Assembly (NCBI GenBank): GCA_964019335.1
Contig: OZ025664.1
Coordinates: 620,001-684,000, forward strand
Length of the DNA: 64,000 nt
Reading direction: 5' to 3'
Source of the DNA: Diplonema japonicum
Taxonomy: Eukaryota; Protista; Euglenozoa: Diplonemea
The translations under genes and the position numbers were made by a program. Positions 42,555 through 55,784 of the stretch are shown piece by piece. The notes under the pieces are model-generated. The model saw nothing but the letters and a program-made list of their open reading frames with translations, did not search any database and had not been told where the DNA came from. The stretch's first letter is position 1, and each line of letters opens with the position of its first letter.

Positions 42555-43370
42555 AAAGAAAATCATAGCTATGTTGTTTCAAACATTGTTTTAAGGCTTC
42601 ACCTTTCATCGAGGTACTTGGGAAAAAAAAAGGGGGTACTTTTTTTCTTAGAGACCAAAAGCTTTTTTTGCGTCTATTCCTTTTTCTTTTCTTTCCTCCC
42701 CTTTTTTTTTCTTTGAAACTTTTTCCCTCCTGTTTTTAAAAAAAAGTAACCTGCAACTTAGTGTCAGTGTGTAGCATCTACCGCACTTGCATATTTAAGG
42801 CGCACTTTTTTTTTTTCTTTTTTTTTTTTGAAGCCTTATTTCACAGTCCCTGTCCATAAAAGTAAGCAGGGTTAAACAAAAAAAAAATATGAAAAAAGAA
42901 AAAGAAAAAGAAAATGCACAGTGATATAAAACAAAACAAAAAAAGGGGAAGACGGCAGGTGTAAAAGGAAAATAGCAAAAAAAAAAAAAAAAAAAGAAAG
43001 AAATACCGTCCTGCTCTTTCGTTTACGGTTCTTCTTTTTTCTTTTTTCTTTTCTCTCTCTCTTTTTTTTTTTCTTCCTTCCCGTGCCCGTAAGCAGAAGT
43101 GTCACGGTCTCGTGTGTCACCTCTTCCCTGATTCTTTTCTTTGCCTTCTCCGAAGCGACGAGAAAAAAGGGAAGAAGGGAGGAAGAGAATAATTTATTAA
43201 GAAAAAGAAAAGAAGCCCCGGTCAGCCATCCCTTCTCCTTCTCTTCAGTGTTATCAAAAGAAAAAGAAAAAAAAAAGGAAAGTGGAGAGAGGGGGAGGAA
43301 AGCGCACGAAAGAAGAATGAGAAGGAAAAAAAAAAGAAAGAAGGTTTTTTTTGTTCTTTTTTTCGTTCTC

Positions 43371-43405
<35 letters not shown>

Positions 43406-43709
43406 CTTTTTTTTTTTTTGAACACAAAACCGGGGAAGCAGCAGGAAAGCTCTTATTTAAAAAAAGGAAAAAAAAGGGGGGGAGAGGTAGATAAGAAAGA
43501 AAATAGGTTGCCTCTCCCCATTTTCACAAAATACTTTTTTTTTTTTTCTTTTTTGTTTTCCCCAACAACCCTTTCTCCGTCCCCCCCCCCTCCCCTTTTT
43601 ATTTCATTATTATTATTTGTTATTCTTTTTTTTTTATTTATTATTATTCACTTTCCTTTTTCTTCTTCCTTCACCTTAAAACAACCCCCCACAGGCAGGG
43701 CACGGCAAT

Positions 43710-46070
43710 ATGCCGCACGCAGACCCCTTGTCGTTCAACAGCAGGATGAGCGGGAGTAGTCCCGCCAAAATGCGAGAAGTGCTAGGATGGTTCAACAAAT
43801 GCTTAGAGGAGGTCCCTGCCAAGGACAGGAAGAGGGTGAGCGGTGCGCTCATGGGCATGATACCCAGAGACAGTGACGAGATCAACGGCATCGACTGGGA
43901 CACCTACATGCCGCTCGAGGTGCGTGCGCTCTTGCACAAGGACAAAGCACAGAGCACCGTGCCGACACCCACCTTCGACGACAGTCACGAGTACCTCCCC
44001 AACGAGGTCTCCCCGCAGACGCCTCTCCAACCTGAGAAGTTAAGCAACATGCCATCGAAGTCAAAGACGACGCTCAAAGTGAGCCCATCCACAGCCAAGT
44101 CCATGGCCTCAAGGAACGTTCGACAGCAGCAACAACAACCGCCGCCCCGCATGTCCCAACAACAACAACCTCAGAAGAAGCGTCCCCGCTCGCCCCTCAG
44201 GCTGAAGCGGAGGTCGACAGACGAACTTCTCAACATTAACGTGCGTTCCGAATGGGCGACACTCAACTCAGACGAACGCGACCGGTACAAGAACGCCAAG
44301 AGGACTGAAGCCAAGGTGCAGGCAAGGAGGAGGTCTGACGCACGCCGTGCACCTTCTGCTGACACAGCGGTGGAGCCGATGCTGTCGCCGCCTGAAGATG
44401 ATCACCTGCAACCCACCACACTCGACTTCTCTGTCCCCGTAGGGCAGATCCACATCCACGGTGAGATGAGGTGCGGGTCCCTCCTCGTGGCAGACCTTAG
44501 TACAAGCAACCCCGCCTTCGTGGACACCAACCCCCCCGACATCTCGTGGTGGGTGGAGCGTGGCTTCGATCACGTGAAGGAAGTCGACCACCTCAGGAAC
44601 ATCCCCGAGTTCCCCATCACCACAGAGTACATCGGTTGGTCTGTTGTCTGCCGCTACAAGCCCACGGGCACCCTTCACGGCAGCTTAATGACATGCGACA
44701 CAGTTCAAACCGTTGTAGGCCCCATACCCCCCTGCGACACCCTCACGCCTCGCCTCAAGATCCGCAACATCGTCGAGGGCTCCCTCACAGTCGGCTCCCG
44801 GCTTGAACTCCCGCAGATGAAAAAGCCTTTCACTGAAGTATGCATCAAGAAATACCATGTTTACCAACACAACAGCTGCCAAAGTGGTACACCATCTTCA
44901 GTGATGACCCTTCCGCGTCACCGCCGCCTGTTAAGGGGACAGTGTTGCAGTTGAAGCCGGAACATGCAGGCTGTGTTGTGAAGGTGTGCGGTGAAAATTA
45001 CTTCTTTACTCCGACCCCACAGGTTCGATTCGCACTACAGTCGGCAGGTCCCTTGTACTGCATCGTGGGCACGGTGGAAGCAATTCCAAGGTTGTTGATG
45101 GAAAAGCTTGGGTCTGATTTGTGTGAGCGGAAAAAGAGTTATAGAAACAGCTGGAGGGAAGAAAAGGAGCTGGCAAACAACCCAGAGCCGACAATGGTGC
45201 AGACACCGTCCGAGAGCACCGAGAGCGACTCAGGTGAGGGAAGCAGCGAAGCGAGTGCATTCTCGGAAGCAGACACAGTCAGTGTGATGGATACTTTACG
45301 AGAAGTGAATGTATGTCTTAGGTGGATTGAAAGAATGTATAACAGGTCATCCCGCCTTCTGATCCGGTGCTGAGTGTTCCTCCTTTAAGGATGGGGCGTG
45401 TACAAAAGGCACAGGATGCCATCAGGAGGCACACCGAGGCTTCTCTTGATGCTGCGGCACAGAAGAAAATGGCAGCAGGTGGGAAGATTGGAGGGCTTGC
45501 TCCTCTCTTCCAACCACAGAAACCCACTATAAACGGGGTGACCCTCAAAGTAGGGCAGCATCAGCAACAATCTAAGGCAAACCACGCACTCAAACCACCG
45601 AAACCGCCTCAAAAGAACAATTCTCAGCCTTCCCCGCACCAGCATCCTCCAGGTCCTCAGGACACACAGATGCTTTACGCAACTTCTGATGCGGCGTCAC
45701 CTCCTCCAGGGGATCATGAACCCTCTCCGATGAAGCAGCCTCGCCACCCTTCGCCGTATACGAAAAAGGAGGAAATACCCGCTTTCGAAGGGGGCGATCA
45801 AAACAGAGCAGCGCCCCCCACACAGTACCAAGGGAGACAGCGTGTTGCGAAAGGCTCTCCAAAGCAGGTTCAAAGCTCGAAAGCAGGTTGTGAATGTGTT
45901 TTGATGTGAAAAGATGAACAAAGCAGCGCCGTGTTCGCCCGATAAGAACAAAGACGCTGAAAAACGAGAAAGAAGATAAAAACAAGAAAAAAAAATATTG
46001 TTTCCTCTCCATAGGTCCCCAATCTGGCTTTTGCATTGGTGACCTTGGGGGGCTGTGTCCTTTACTGTGA
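43710..46070 (+). CDS. Hypothetical multi-exon protein with two AIR9/A9-like Ig-type repeats; predicted C-terminus CPLL
   Basis: G...G..L...W...ITTEYIG...YKP and VEG.LTVGS.L...KWY...LKPEHAG patterns; overlapping ORFs joined by short introns; last exon 46015-46070 inferred. Confidence 0.55.
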
Positions 46071-46151
46071 AAATAAGCCAACTGGCCCGCCACACACGGC
46101 AACAAGCTTGCGATCGACCAAACTACTCAGTTGGGCGGACGCAGATGCGTA

Positions 46152-46224
46152 GCCTCCCTAGCTCAGTCGGTAGAGCGCAAGGCTCTTAACCTTGTGGTCG
46201 CGGGTTCGAGCCCCGCGGGAGGTG
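46152..46224 (+). tRNA. tRNA-Lys (CTT)
   Basis: GCCTCCC/GGGAGGT acceptor, CAAGG-CTCTTAA-CCTTG anticodon arm, GGTTCGAGCC, T6 terminator. Confidence 0.97.
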
Positions 46225-48778
46225 TTTTTTAAAACACCACCGCGACATCGATAAAGCAACAGGAGGACCCTTTCCATTTCATTCTAGTTTATTCAAAACA
46301 CAGGGGAAGAACCGTTGGGTGCAAAAGGAAACGAGGAAAAAAAAGAAAACAAAAAAAAAAGCAAAAAAGAGGGAAAACAATAAAAGAGAATCTGTTATCA
46401 GTAGCTGTTGAATGCAGCGGAAACTTTCCTTTTTCTTTTTTCTTTTTTTTTCTCGGTTAGATTTAAGCCTTTTTTCCTGTCACGCAGTAGGCAGGCCCTG
46501 TTTAGAAGCCTGTCCACTTTTTTCTTTACTTCCTCCCCTAGTTCTAGACTAGTTCCACCAATACACGCCCAACTGCAACGGAAGAGAACAAGGTGTCTTA
46601 AGGCAGGATTGTTCCTTATGATAGCATTCTTTTTTCTTCCCTTAATTCTCTCTCTTAGATGGTGCCCCTACTCTTCCCTCTTTCAACGGATTTCCCGAAT
46701 AACTTCTTGAAAACCTCGGACAGCCTGACCAACTTTTTTGCTTCCTTTTTGTTCCTCGCGATCCTGTCACATACTGCAGGTTCCCTTTCAAAGACATGTT
46801 TTTTTCCCAAGGCTCGGACCAACACCTAGTTGCCGTGATTGGGATGGAAATGCTGACCACACTTGAAAGAAAAAAGGAGGGGGGAAATGTAAACGGGCTG
46901 TGTTGAAGTTTTCCCCCCTGCCCCTTTTACTTCTTTTTTCCTTTTTTCCTTTTATTTTCCTTCGAGTCTGGATCAAGGAGCGATATCTTTTTTTCTTTTT
47001 TTTCCCTTCTGTTCTGTTTTGTTCTAATATTTATTCTTTCTCTTTAAGACTGAGGACAACTCATGGACACGCCCGCACCACGTTTAGTAACTCTCCCCCC
47101 CCCCCCCCCCCCCCCCTGCTTTTTTATACAACACTCTGTCTTGCATCTAACAGCTCTTTTGCAGTCCCTTCCCTCTTGTTTCGCGCTAAGGGTTATTATT
47201 TTATTTGTGGAGCTTTTGTAATTTCTTGGTTATTTTGACATGTGGCTGACCCAACTTGGCGGAAGCCATATCCAGTTCGAGTTTCCTTTGCCTTACCTTT
47301 TTCATTTTGGGGACCTCTGAGGGATTGCATACTGTCTCTGACCCGAATGGTAGTACCTCGTACACCGTTCAGTAGCTGCAGGGCCAGGGTCACACTCAGT
47401 GCCCCATGTAACCAAAGAAAAAGGAAGGGACATATTGCCACAACCACATGCAAACACTCTAAGGGGAGCCAAATGACCTTTCCTGTCAACACTTCGGGGC
47501 ACTTTCCACCTATTAAGCAATTAAGGCCAATGAAAATAGTACAAAAAGACGGACAACAAGTACTAAAAACAGCCTCCGGTCCCAAGGAAAAGTCGTTGTT
47601 GATGGCGTTTGACCCCTCCCCCTCCCCTGTGTTTTTAAAGTTCACTTTACTAAGTTGCTCAGCATGTCCCCTTTTAACATTCCGGTGAGGTTTTACCTTG
47701 ACCCCCCTCTTTCTTCCGCTTGTATGATTTGAAAAATTAATAAAAAAAGAAATGACAAAAGAATTTGTTCTTATTGGTCCCTTCCCCATCGGGAAAAAAA
47801 GAAAAATGAATAACAGGGTAGTTTTTCTCTTTTCCCCCTGCTTCTCTTTGGCAACTGACAAGAGCAGTCCAATGGTTTTCTCTTTTACTTTTCCACTCCC
47901 CTCCCTTATAGCCTGTTCACCCCTTCCCTTGTTCTGGAACATAAATTCTCAAAAGCACGAAAAGTAATTCTATTATAAACAACCCGGGGGGGGGGGGACA
48001 AGAAAATATCATCCACTCTTTTCTTTCAACGTGATGATATCTGATCGGAGATCTACCTCTAGCGACCTCCTCTTTCACCTTACTCTTTTTCTCTTTCCTT
48101 CCGAACCTCTTATCCGCCTCTTTTTCTTTTCTTTTTCCTTCTTCCTTTGGTTCGGCATCCTCCTTTTTTTTCTTTTTATTCTCTATTAAATGTTCTAATT
48201 GCGCCCCCCCCCCCCCCCACCACCACCTTCATCTTTTCCCTGGAGCGATGCACAAAGGTATCAACAAGTCCCTCCCCCGGCCAAGGGGAGGAAAAAAGAG
48301 AAAGAAAGGCATAGCCAAAGGAGAAAGAGATGGAATGGAAAAAAGATAAAGAAAAGACTGTCTTTTCTTTTCCGTTCTGCTGAGAGAATTTGTTGTTTTT
48401 ATTTAGCCCCCCCCCCCCCCCCCCAGCAGTAACCCGCTAGCAGATCGGCTTTGATTTTTAAGTATTTCTTTGTTTTCAGTATCCGATGAATTCATAGCAT
48501 GTTATTGCATAGGAACATGCTGACACGCCGCGTAAGGCAAATGTACAGTGACGGCATACTGGATAGGGGAGTTTGTTATTTATTATGAGGGGCAAGGGGG
48601 AAAAAAAGGAACAAAAAAAAAAGAAAAAGAAAAAAAACCACTCCATGGTAATCATCTCCTTCTCTGTCCCTTCGTTGTTCCCTCGGTCTTCTTCCCCCCC
48701 CTTTTTTTGAACTTCTCTTAGGAGCGTATCTTTTCGATATTTACAACAACAGGTGCTTTCAGTGACAAGAACTATGCC

Positions 48779-50341
48779 GTGATGACACACCGGAGCATCG
48801 AGCAGGTCATCGATCAGAAATGGAAAGAAGCTGAGAAAGAGGTACGTGACCTGCAGAACACCCTCACCGACCATGGGGCAGTAGACGTGACGCCTATTCA
48901 CAGGATGAAGGCGGCCCTCAGAGGGCTAGGAACCATGCAGGTGCTTGGCAAGTTTTCCAACAAGGGCAAAGACCCTGAGAGTGTGTTGCGAGCCGAGCTA
49001 GAGTCCGTCCTTGCAAAGGTGGAAGGCATGCAGCTTGCCTTCAACAAAAAGGAAGAGCTCTGGAACGCACTCCTCGGCAAGAAAAACGAGCAGCTGATGA
49101 TATCCATGAAGCGGGAACAGACGGCAACGTCCAAGCTTCGCGACAAGGTGAACGAAGTGAACCAGAGATTGCGTGACACCAACGACCATATCACAGGACT
49201 GGACAAGCAGCTTGCTGAAAGCCACGAAGCGATGGAAGCCTACGAACAAGCTCTAGGGTACAAACTGCATGCCATTAAACCTCTGGAGAAACCCCTCAAC
49301 AACGACGATTTCTTGAAAGACAGGAAGCACATCTCTCAAGCTGACAGGGAGGCCAACACGTACGACGCGCAACAGATGATCAGGATGCAGGACGAGGCCA
49401 ACAAGTTGGCAGGCACGATCACCTCCTCCTACGATATTGACATCACAATCGGGCAGAGAGGCCACAGTCGGGTCGAGTCTGCATCTGGCCCCCAGAACCC
49501 TGTTCCCGACTCTGCGTCTAGCCCCCAGGACTCTGTTGCGTCCCTGTTAACCTCCAAGGGTGTCAAGGAGCTGCTCTCGCAAGTGATGCTGGAGTCCGCG
49601 TTCCTCCCCAGCCTTACTGAGGAAGAGTCTTCTCTTGTGGACCGCGTCAGCAACATCCTCAACGGTCGCACTGAATCACCAACTCCCGACCCCCCGCCAC
49701 CCAAACGGGACGAAAACGGCAGTAACAACCTTAGATTAGTAGCCGCTGCTCTCGAGTTCCGGGTGCTTACCCAAAAGAACAAGCTCCACGTCATGCATGG
49801 CTACGCACCCCCGCACAATGTAGATGCACTCAGCTCCTCAAGCAAAGGGAAATCAACACATGACAAGGGAGCGAAAAAGGTCGCGGTGTCTCCTAGTCGC
49901 GGAGGGTTAGTCGGAAAAGATGAGACCAAGAAGCCCGTCACACCCACCCCTGCTCAGAAGAGCGGCGAAAGTGTAAGAACACATAATAATCATGCGGCGG
50001 AGGAGAACGAAAAGCAGCGTCTAAAGCTCTTCAGGGAGAAGCGAGAAGCGAAGCAAGAAGCGGATATGTTGCAGGTGAGAGTTGAGAAGCTTTTGGAAGA
50101 GCTGAGTAGCCTGAAACCGTGCGAGTTCTGCGGGAGGGTAGCCATTAGGAATAACAAGGGCATCCAGTCTAGTCCCAATATCTCGAAGGTGTTCGGTTTC
50201 AACACGCTGAGCAGCCTCCCGATACTAGTTAACACGAAAGGGCATATTTTGCGCGACGCTGGGATGATACCCCAGAAGCCTGTGTATCAAGAGCGTATGG
50301 GAGGCGGCGGTGCGGCCCCAAGAAGGCAGTTACCTCAGTGA
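48779..50341 (+). CDS. Hypothetical coiled-coil protein (5' exon probably upstream)
   Basis: 520-aa ORF with host-like codon usage; AG acceptor near 48752. Confidence 0.7.
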   Translation: MMTHRSIEQVIDQKWKEAEKEVRDLQNTLTDHGAVDVTPIHRMKAALRGLGTMQVLGKFSNKGKDPESVLRAELESVLAKVEGMQLAFNKKEELWNALLGKKNEQLMISMKREQTATSKLRDKVNEVNQRLRDTNDHITGLDKQLAESHEAMEAYEQALGYKLHAIKPLEKPLNNDDFLKDRKHISQADREANTYDAQQMIRMQDEANKLAGTITSSYDIDITIGQRGHSRVESASGPQNPVPDSASSPQDSVASLLTSKGVKELLSQVMLESAFLPSLTEEESSLVDRVSNILNGRTESPTPDPPPPKRDENGSNNLRLVAAALEFRVLTQKNKLHVMHGYAPPHNVDALSSSSKGKSTHDKGAKKVAVSPSRGGLVGKDETKKPVTPTPAQKSGESVRTHNNHAAEENEKQRLKLFREKREAKQEADMLQVRVEKLLEELSSLKPCEFCGRVAIRNNKGIQSSPNISKVFGFNTLSSLPILVNTKGHILRDAGMIPQKPVYQERMGGGGAAPRRQLPQ

Positions 50342-50422
50342 TGTCTTTTCCAAGACATAGTTTGCTTGCGGTTCTGTTTGACTTTTATTTTCTTTTTGAC
50401 CTCAAGAATCGGAAAGGCGAAG

Positions 50423-50938
50423 ATGCTACGCTCCCTGCAGCACGAGGACGAAGAGGTGCTCCATTTGGATGCACAACTGAACATAATGGCGGCGGCCGTG
50501 GCGGAGAGCGAGAAGAAGCTGGCTGAGGCAGAGGAGAGGGCTTCTCTGCTTCAGGAGAAGCTAACAGACAGCAGTGCAGACGCACTGTTGGACAGGCTTG
50601 CAGAGAAGGACAAGATAATACACGACTTGGAAGTGGAGCTCAGTGCGACTATCACGTCCCACAGATCGAGAGAAATGCTCCTCATGGCAGAGATCACAAA
50701 GCTGAAAGGCGATGCACCTGGAGGTGTCGAGGTCAAACACACATCGCCTTTGTCGTCTGCTGTCAGCACGCCGCCTGTGTCGATAGTTCGTACGAGACAC
50801 GCAACACCCTTGCATTCCCACCCCCACCCCACCCCCTCGCACACCACACCCCCTAAGGCCGACATCGATCTTGACACTCTGCTGCAGAACGCACAAGAGG
50901 CCGTGTACCATGCTGACCGTCTGTCAAAGGGCGCGTGA
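50423..50938 (+). CDS. Hypothetical coiled-coil protein
   Basis: ORF with heptad pattern, ATG downstream of a pyrimidine tract and AG. Confidence 0.6.
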   Translation: MLRSLQHEDEEVLHLDAQLNIMAAAVAESEKKLAEAEERASLLQEKLTDSSADALLDRLAEKDKIIHDLEVELSATITSHRSREMLLMAEITKLKGDAPGGVEVKHTSPLSSAVSTPPVSIVRTRHATPLHSHPHPTPSHTTPPKADIDLDTLLQNAQEAVYHADRLSKGA

Positions 50939-51019
50939 GCCTGCTTTGTTCCTTTGTATTAGTGAAGAATCCTTTATAAATACCCGTTTGTTTTAAAAAA
51001 CCAACCAATCAGGACTAAC

Positions 51020-53350
51020 ATGCCATTCAGAGTGGACGAGGAGCTCGACTCGGAATGGGCAAGTGTTAGGACAAAGCAATCGCTATCATCATCGGAGACA
51101 CATGTAATGTGTAAGGAAAAGCGTGAGGTGGTGTTGGCATATAGAGAGTGCAAGAAGATGGAAAAGCAGTTGTCGGTAAAGGACCGGCAGGATCCTGGAG
51201 AGAAGGCGAGTCTGCGTTCTGCACTGAAGGGGCGCTACTTGATGCTGATCAAAGGAGAGCCATTGTACTCCTCGCAGAACGACATCGACAACAGGCTGTG
51301 GCGGGTGGTGTTCTACTCGCAGCTAGAAGAACTGAAGAAGCAGTGCAAACGTGAGGGCCAGAAGGACGCTCTCTTTGCCTTCATCGAAGAGGTGAAGATC
51401 TTCTACGAGGAACTCCTTGACGCTCTCCTAGAGCAAAAGGACGACACCAGCTGGGAGTACAGCGTGGACGACAGGGGCAAGCCCGTCTCGGTTAACACTG
51501 CGCTTATCAGACTCCTCAGCAGCTGCCAGAACCACCTTGGCGACCTGAGCAGATATCGCGAAGTTTACGACTCCGACGAGTGCAAGGACTGGGAAATCGC
51601 AATTGAGTGGTACACCGCCGCACACAGGAGCAACCCGTTCAGCGGGAACCCTCACAACCAGCTTGCTGTGCTGGCACACTACTCCGAAGACTACCTTGAG
51701 GCCGTCTACAGGTACTACAGATCGCTGGCTGCCAGGGAGCCTTTCCTCGCAACGCGTGAAAATCTCATTAACTTCTTCGAAAAAATACGGCGCAACAGTG
51801 TGCTGCGCACGCAGTCGTGCAGATATGACCCTTCGCAGCGGGCATGGCACGTGTCCCCGCACAGCAGCTACAGCATCAGTGCTTTCACGACAGCCTTCCT
51901 CAGCGTGCACGGCATGCTGTTCACAAGGACGAACTTGGAGTGCTTTGACATCACGCTCGACTATGTCGCGGCCATGCTGAACACGCTCCTATCGCGCCCC
52001 GAGGCCACAGAAGAGCTTCTGATGAGGCTCATGGCCATGAACATCTTCACGGTGCACAACGCGTCCTATCGCCCTGAAGGGTACAGGCCCACTGCCGCTG
52101 ATGACCAGCAGCGCCAAGTGTTGAAGGCAAAAGCCTTGGAGCTCGCGTTCACCTTCTTCGCATGCATCGCAGACATGGACGTGACTGCAGGGCACGCTTC
52201 TCTCTGTGTCTTCATCAACTGGATAACTAACGACGACGAGATCCTGCCCGCCTTGCTCGCTGCTGTCCCCGAAGCGGAGCTTTTCTCGCGGCTCAGTCGC
52301 CTTGTGAGCACGTTGTCGCACTTCGCTGGCACCGCGCAGCCAACGGAGGAGATGCTCGTAGAGGAGATGTACCTGCACGGCTTCGTGTGCCTCAACCAGT
52401 GGGGCATCATCGATGCAAAGGTCGGGCAGCGGTGCTGCTCCATGTCAGGGGGCTCTGCCAAACGTCTCCAGCGCCTGCAGCCGTTCATACGACACGCAAA
52501 GATGCACGGCTTCCTCGTAGACGACGGCAGCACTCTTGTGTCCACGAAAGAGGTGCAGCAGGTCCCGTCGTTCTCAATTACTGAGCAACACGCAAAGGGG
52601 AAGGGCACCAAGGGAGGCAAGGGCGTTGTGGGCCCGAGGAAGGGTGGGAATAATCGGGCACAAGGCGGAAAGAGCGGGAAAGGCAAAGGGAAGGGGTCTG
52701 TGGGGCAACCTGGCGATGTTGGGATTAACAGGAAGGGCGACAGACAGAAGCAGAAGCCGCAGGAGCCTGTTTGCGATGAGGAGTCGGTATGTGGTTTAGT
52801 TTTTGACACCGCAATGCAGGACGAGGAGACTGTGCTGCTGCAGCCTGGGCAGTACGGGATGGAGAAGGAAGCACCTGCCGTCGCGACCCTCGAGCAAGGG
52901 ATAAACAACTTGTTGATGCACAGCAAGCAGCAGCAGCCAAGCATGACAAGCCAGTCCCAAGCGCAGGTACAAGGCATCGACCTGTCAAGCGTGCTGAAGA
53001 CGATGGACACTGGGGCAAGTCAGATCACCTTGTCGCAGGTATGGAATTGACCTTTGGAAAAGTAAACTTCAAACCCCTTACTACAGGCGAAGGACATGCT
53101 TCCGATGGATCTGATGCTGAGCCAGACCCAGCACACCCAACACGACGAAGGGATGTGGGGGATCCCTCCTACCCAGCAGTTCCAGATGCAGCATCACCAG
53201 CATCAGCACCAGGTGCAGTTTGCACCTTCAGCCAGTTTGTACTCGAGCTTAAAGGGTGCTGATCAGCAGGACTTTCAGCTGCAGCAGCCAGCCTGGCAGA
53301 CAGCCAATGCAGCACCTTGGAGCAACACTGCAGGTTATTACCACACTTGA
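51020..53350 (+). CDS. Est1/SMG7-like TPR (14-3-3-like) protein, no PIN domain seen; intron ~53039-53086
   Basis: LWRVVFY, HLGDLSRYRE, WY..A....P.SGNPHNQLAVL, AVYRYYRSL...PF..TRENL. Confidence 0.88.
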
Positions 53351-54410
53351 GAATCTGTACTGCTGGCTGTTATGGTTTAGCTTAGTAAGCAGCAGGAAGT
53401 GCTGTCGTGACTTGACTTTCTTTATATTTTGTCTGTTTCTTTCCCTTTTTACTACTTTTCCTTTGCTGCAGACTGTCGGCTCCCTCGCGGTGGCAGGCAG
53501 GGTGAAAAGAGGAACATGGGGAAGAAAATGAAAATAGCAGAACAAAAAAGAAGAAAAAATGAAAAAAGAAAACCCTAACCCTAATGGGTGGTGCGAGAAG
53601 AACTCCCCTCCAAATTCACCGTTCATCCACAGATAGAAAACAAAAGGAAGAATAAGAAGAAGGGAAAAAGAAGAAAAAACGAAAAAGCAAAGAGAAGAAA
53701 CTGCTTTCCACTCTCAGACTCCCCTGACTATCCTAGAAAGGAAGCCTCTCTTTCCGTTTCTCCTGACCTGTGGCTCCACCCTTGGAGTTATTTTCCACTC
53801 CTTTGCAACCTTTTTTTTTTTCTTTCCACTATGTGCCTACAGGTGTAGTACTTGTCGGCTTTTAAAAAAAAGGAAAAAAAAAGGGGAAAAAAAAAAAAAA
53901 GAACAAGAAGAAGCGAAACCAAGTATGTAGGTCCCTACCAGCAGCGTGTAAGGATGTTGCACCCCGATATAATTAAAGGAGGGTGATCGACCCCCAAGAA
54001 AAAGGAAGAATCCTTCCATCCTAAACTAGTTTTTCAAAATTTTCGAAATACTGTCCCCCTCGTTTCAAAATTACCCTCCCCTCCCCAATCACTCCTACGG
54101 GAAAGCTTTTTCTATTTTTTTTTTATTGGGCGATGCCTAAGGTGTGAGTAAACTTCGTGCCCCTGTATGATGGAAATATGCAAGATGGGAAGAAAAAGGG
54201 AAAAAAAAAAGATCTGGGGGAATGTATACCACACTTCCCCCCCCCCCCCTCTTCGTGCTCGTAGTGCTGTAGTAAAAGGGAGACCATCAGCCCCTCCTCT
54301 TTTTCTTTTTTTTTTAAGGTGGTCCTCAAGTAGGATTTGCCCTTAAACATTGCCTTTCCTCCTACCCCCATTTTCTTTTTTCTTTAACGGATCAAGAAGA
54401 GAAAAAAAAA

Positions 54411-54441
<31 letters not shown>

Positions 54442-55214
54442 GAAAACAGTTAGCAACCCCGTGGCATTAAAGTTAATTTCATTTGTTTTTCTTTTCTTCC
54501 ATTCTCTTGTGCTATTAACTCACGGGTCTGGGGAAGGTTTTTTATAAGAAGAGAGTAAAAAAAAAAAAGAAAAAAAAAACAGAAATGGGGAGAGAAGGGA
54601 AAAGGGGGGGGGGAAAGAAAAGGAAATGGGGACTTGTTCATAATTGTTGCAATACGCTTTGTTACAACTATCCCCATCTTTTCTTTTCTTCCCCCCCTTC
54701 TTTTCTCCTCATTTTTTTTTTTTTTTTTTTTTTTTTTTTAGGGCTTCTCTACCTCCTCTGTTAGCCTAGTTCACTGTTTCTTCCTCCGTTTTTTTTTGTT
54801 TTTTTTGTTTTTTATTCTACATTTCCATTTATTTTAGTTCCCCTTACCTTCCTTCCCTTTCTCTAACTGTGCTGCCCTGAATATGTTTTGGCTGCCTGTT
54901 GCTCCTGGTAAAGCGAATGACCGGAGGCGTCCCCCACCCGTTCCCTTCGCTGACTTAAGATAGTGCTTAACTTTCACAGGCTCCATAACCGGTAAAGATT
55001 TTTTCTTCTCTTCTTAGATCTGCCTCGTACACCAAGGGGAAAAAAAAAGAAGAATGTTTGAAGGTGCCTTAAAATACCATATATTCTTGAGGTACTATGC
55101 AGAGTACTTAAGGGAAGAAGGGAAGGGAAAAAAAAAAAAAGAAATAAAAAAGAGATGGAGCTCAGTTGTTAGCCACAAAAAACAATGAGTAGCTTCTTCG
55201 AGGAAAAAGAAAAG

Positions 55215-55253
<39 letters not shown>

Positions 55254-55784
55254 TCCATCTCCATTTTTTTTTCGCTCTTTCCCCTCCCTTTTTCTTTTTC
55301 TTTTTTTTTTTGCCCCTTTTCTCCCCCCTTTTTTTCTTTCCTGCACACTAGTAAAAGAGTCTCGAGGAACACCATAAAAAAGAGAAAAAAGGGAAAAAAA
55401 AAGAGAAGAAAACTGCTCATCATTAGGAAGAGGGGGGGGGGGGGGGGGGGTTCCTACTTTGTTGGTAAACTCCGTTGTCAGAAATTTGGTTTTTCGTTTT
55501 GTTGATTCTTTCTTTCTCTTCCCCTCCCCTGCCCAGTGTCTATAAAAATATGCTGCAGGAAAAAAAAGAGGAGAATGCGAAATATAAAATAAAGGAACCC
55601 CCCCCCCCCCCCCCCCCCTCCTCCCTCCCACCTCCAAAAAAAAAAACCAGAGTGATTCCCTTTCTTCCCCACTCCTTCCCCTCTCTCTCTCTCTCCCTCT
55701 TTTTTTTTTTCTCCCCCCTTTTTTTTTTCTTCTTTTTCCAAATTTTCAAAAAAAAATCAAAAAAAAAAAAAAAAAAAAAAAGGA

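Noticed and set aside
39440-43700. Many short poly-K/poly-F ORFs in spacers
   Set aside because: Artefacts of A/T homopolymer runs
47196-47700. Minus-strand ORF with GYGFRQVGSAT, reminiscent of a tyrosine-recombinase HSxRxG motif
   Set aside because: Catalytic His absent and no other YR, RT or terminal-repeat evidence
48031-48045. GTGATGATATCTGA, adjacent box C and box D-like motifs
   Set aside because: Spacing too short for a guide snoRNA
53573-53585. CCCTAACCCTAA telomere-like seed downstream of the Est1/SMG7-like gene
   Set aside because: Only two units; expected by chance and no subtelomeric context
54906-54927. GGTAAAGCGAATGA resembles a conserved LSU rRNA segment
   Set aside because: Match is short and does not extend; no rRNA gene here
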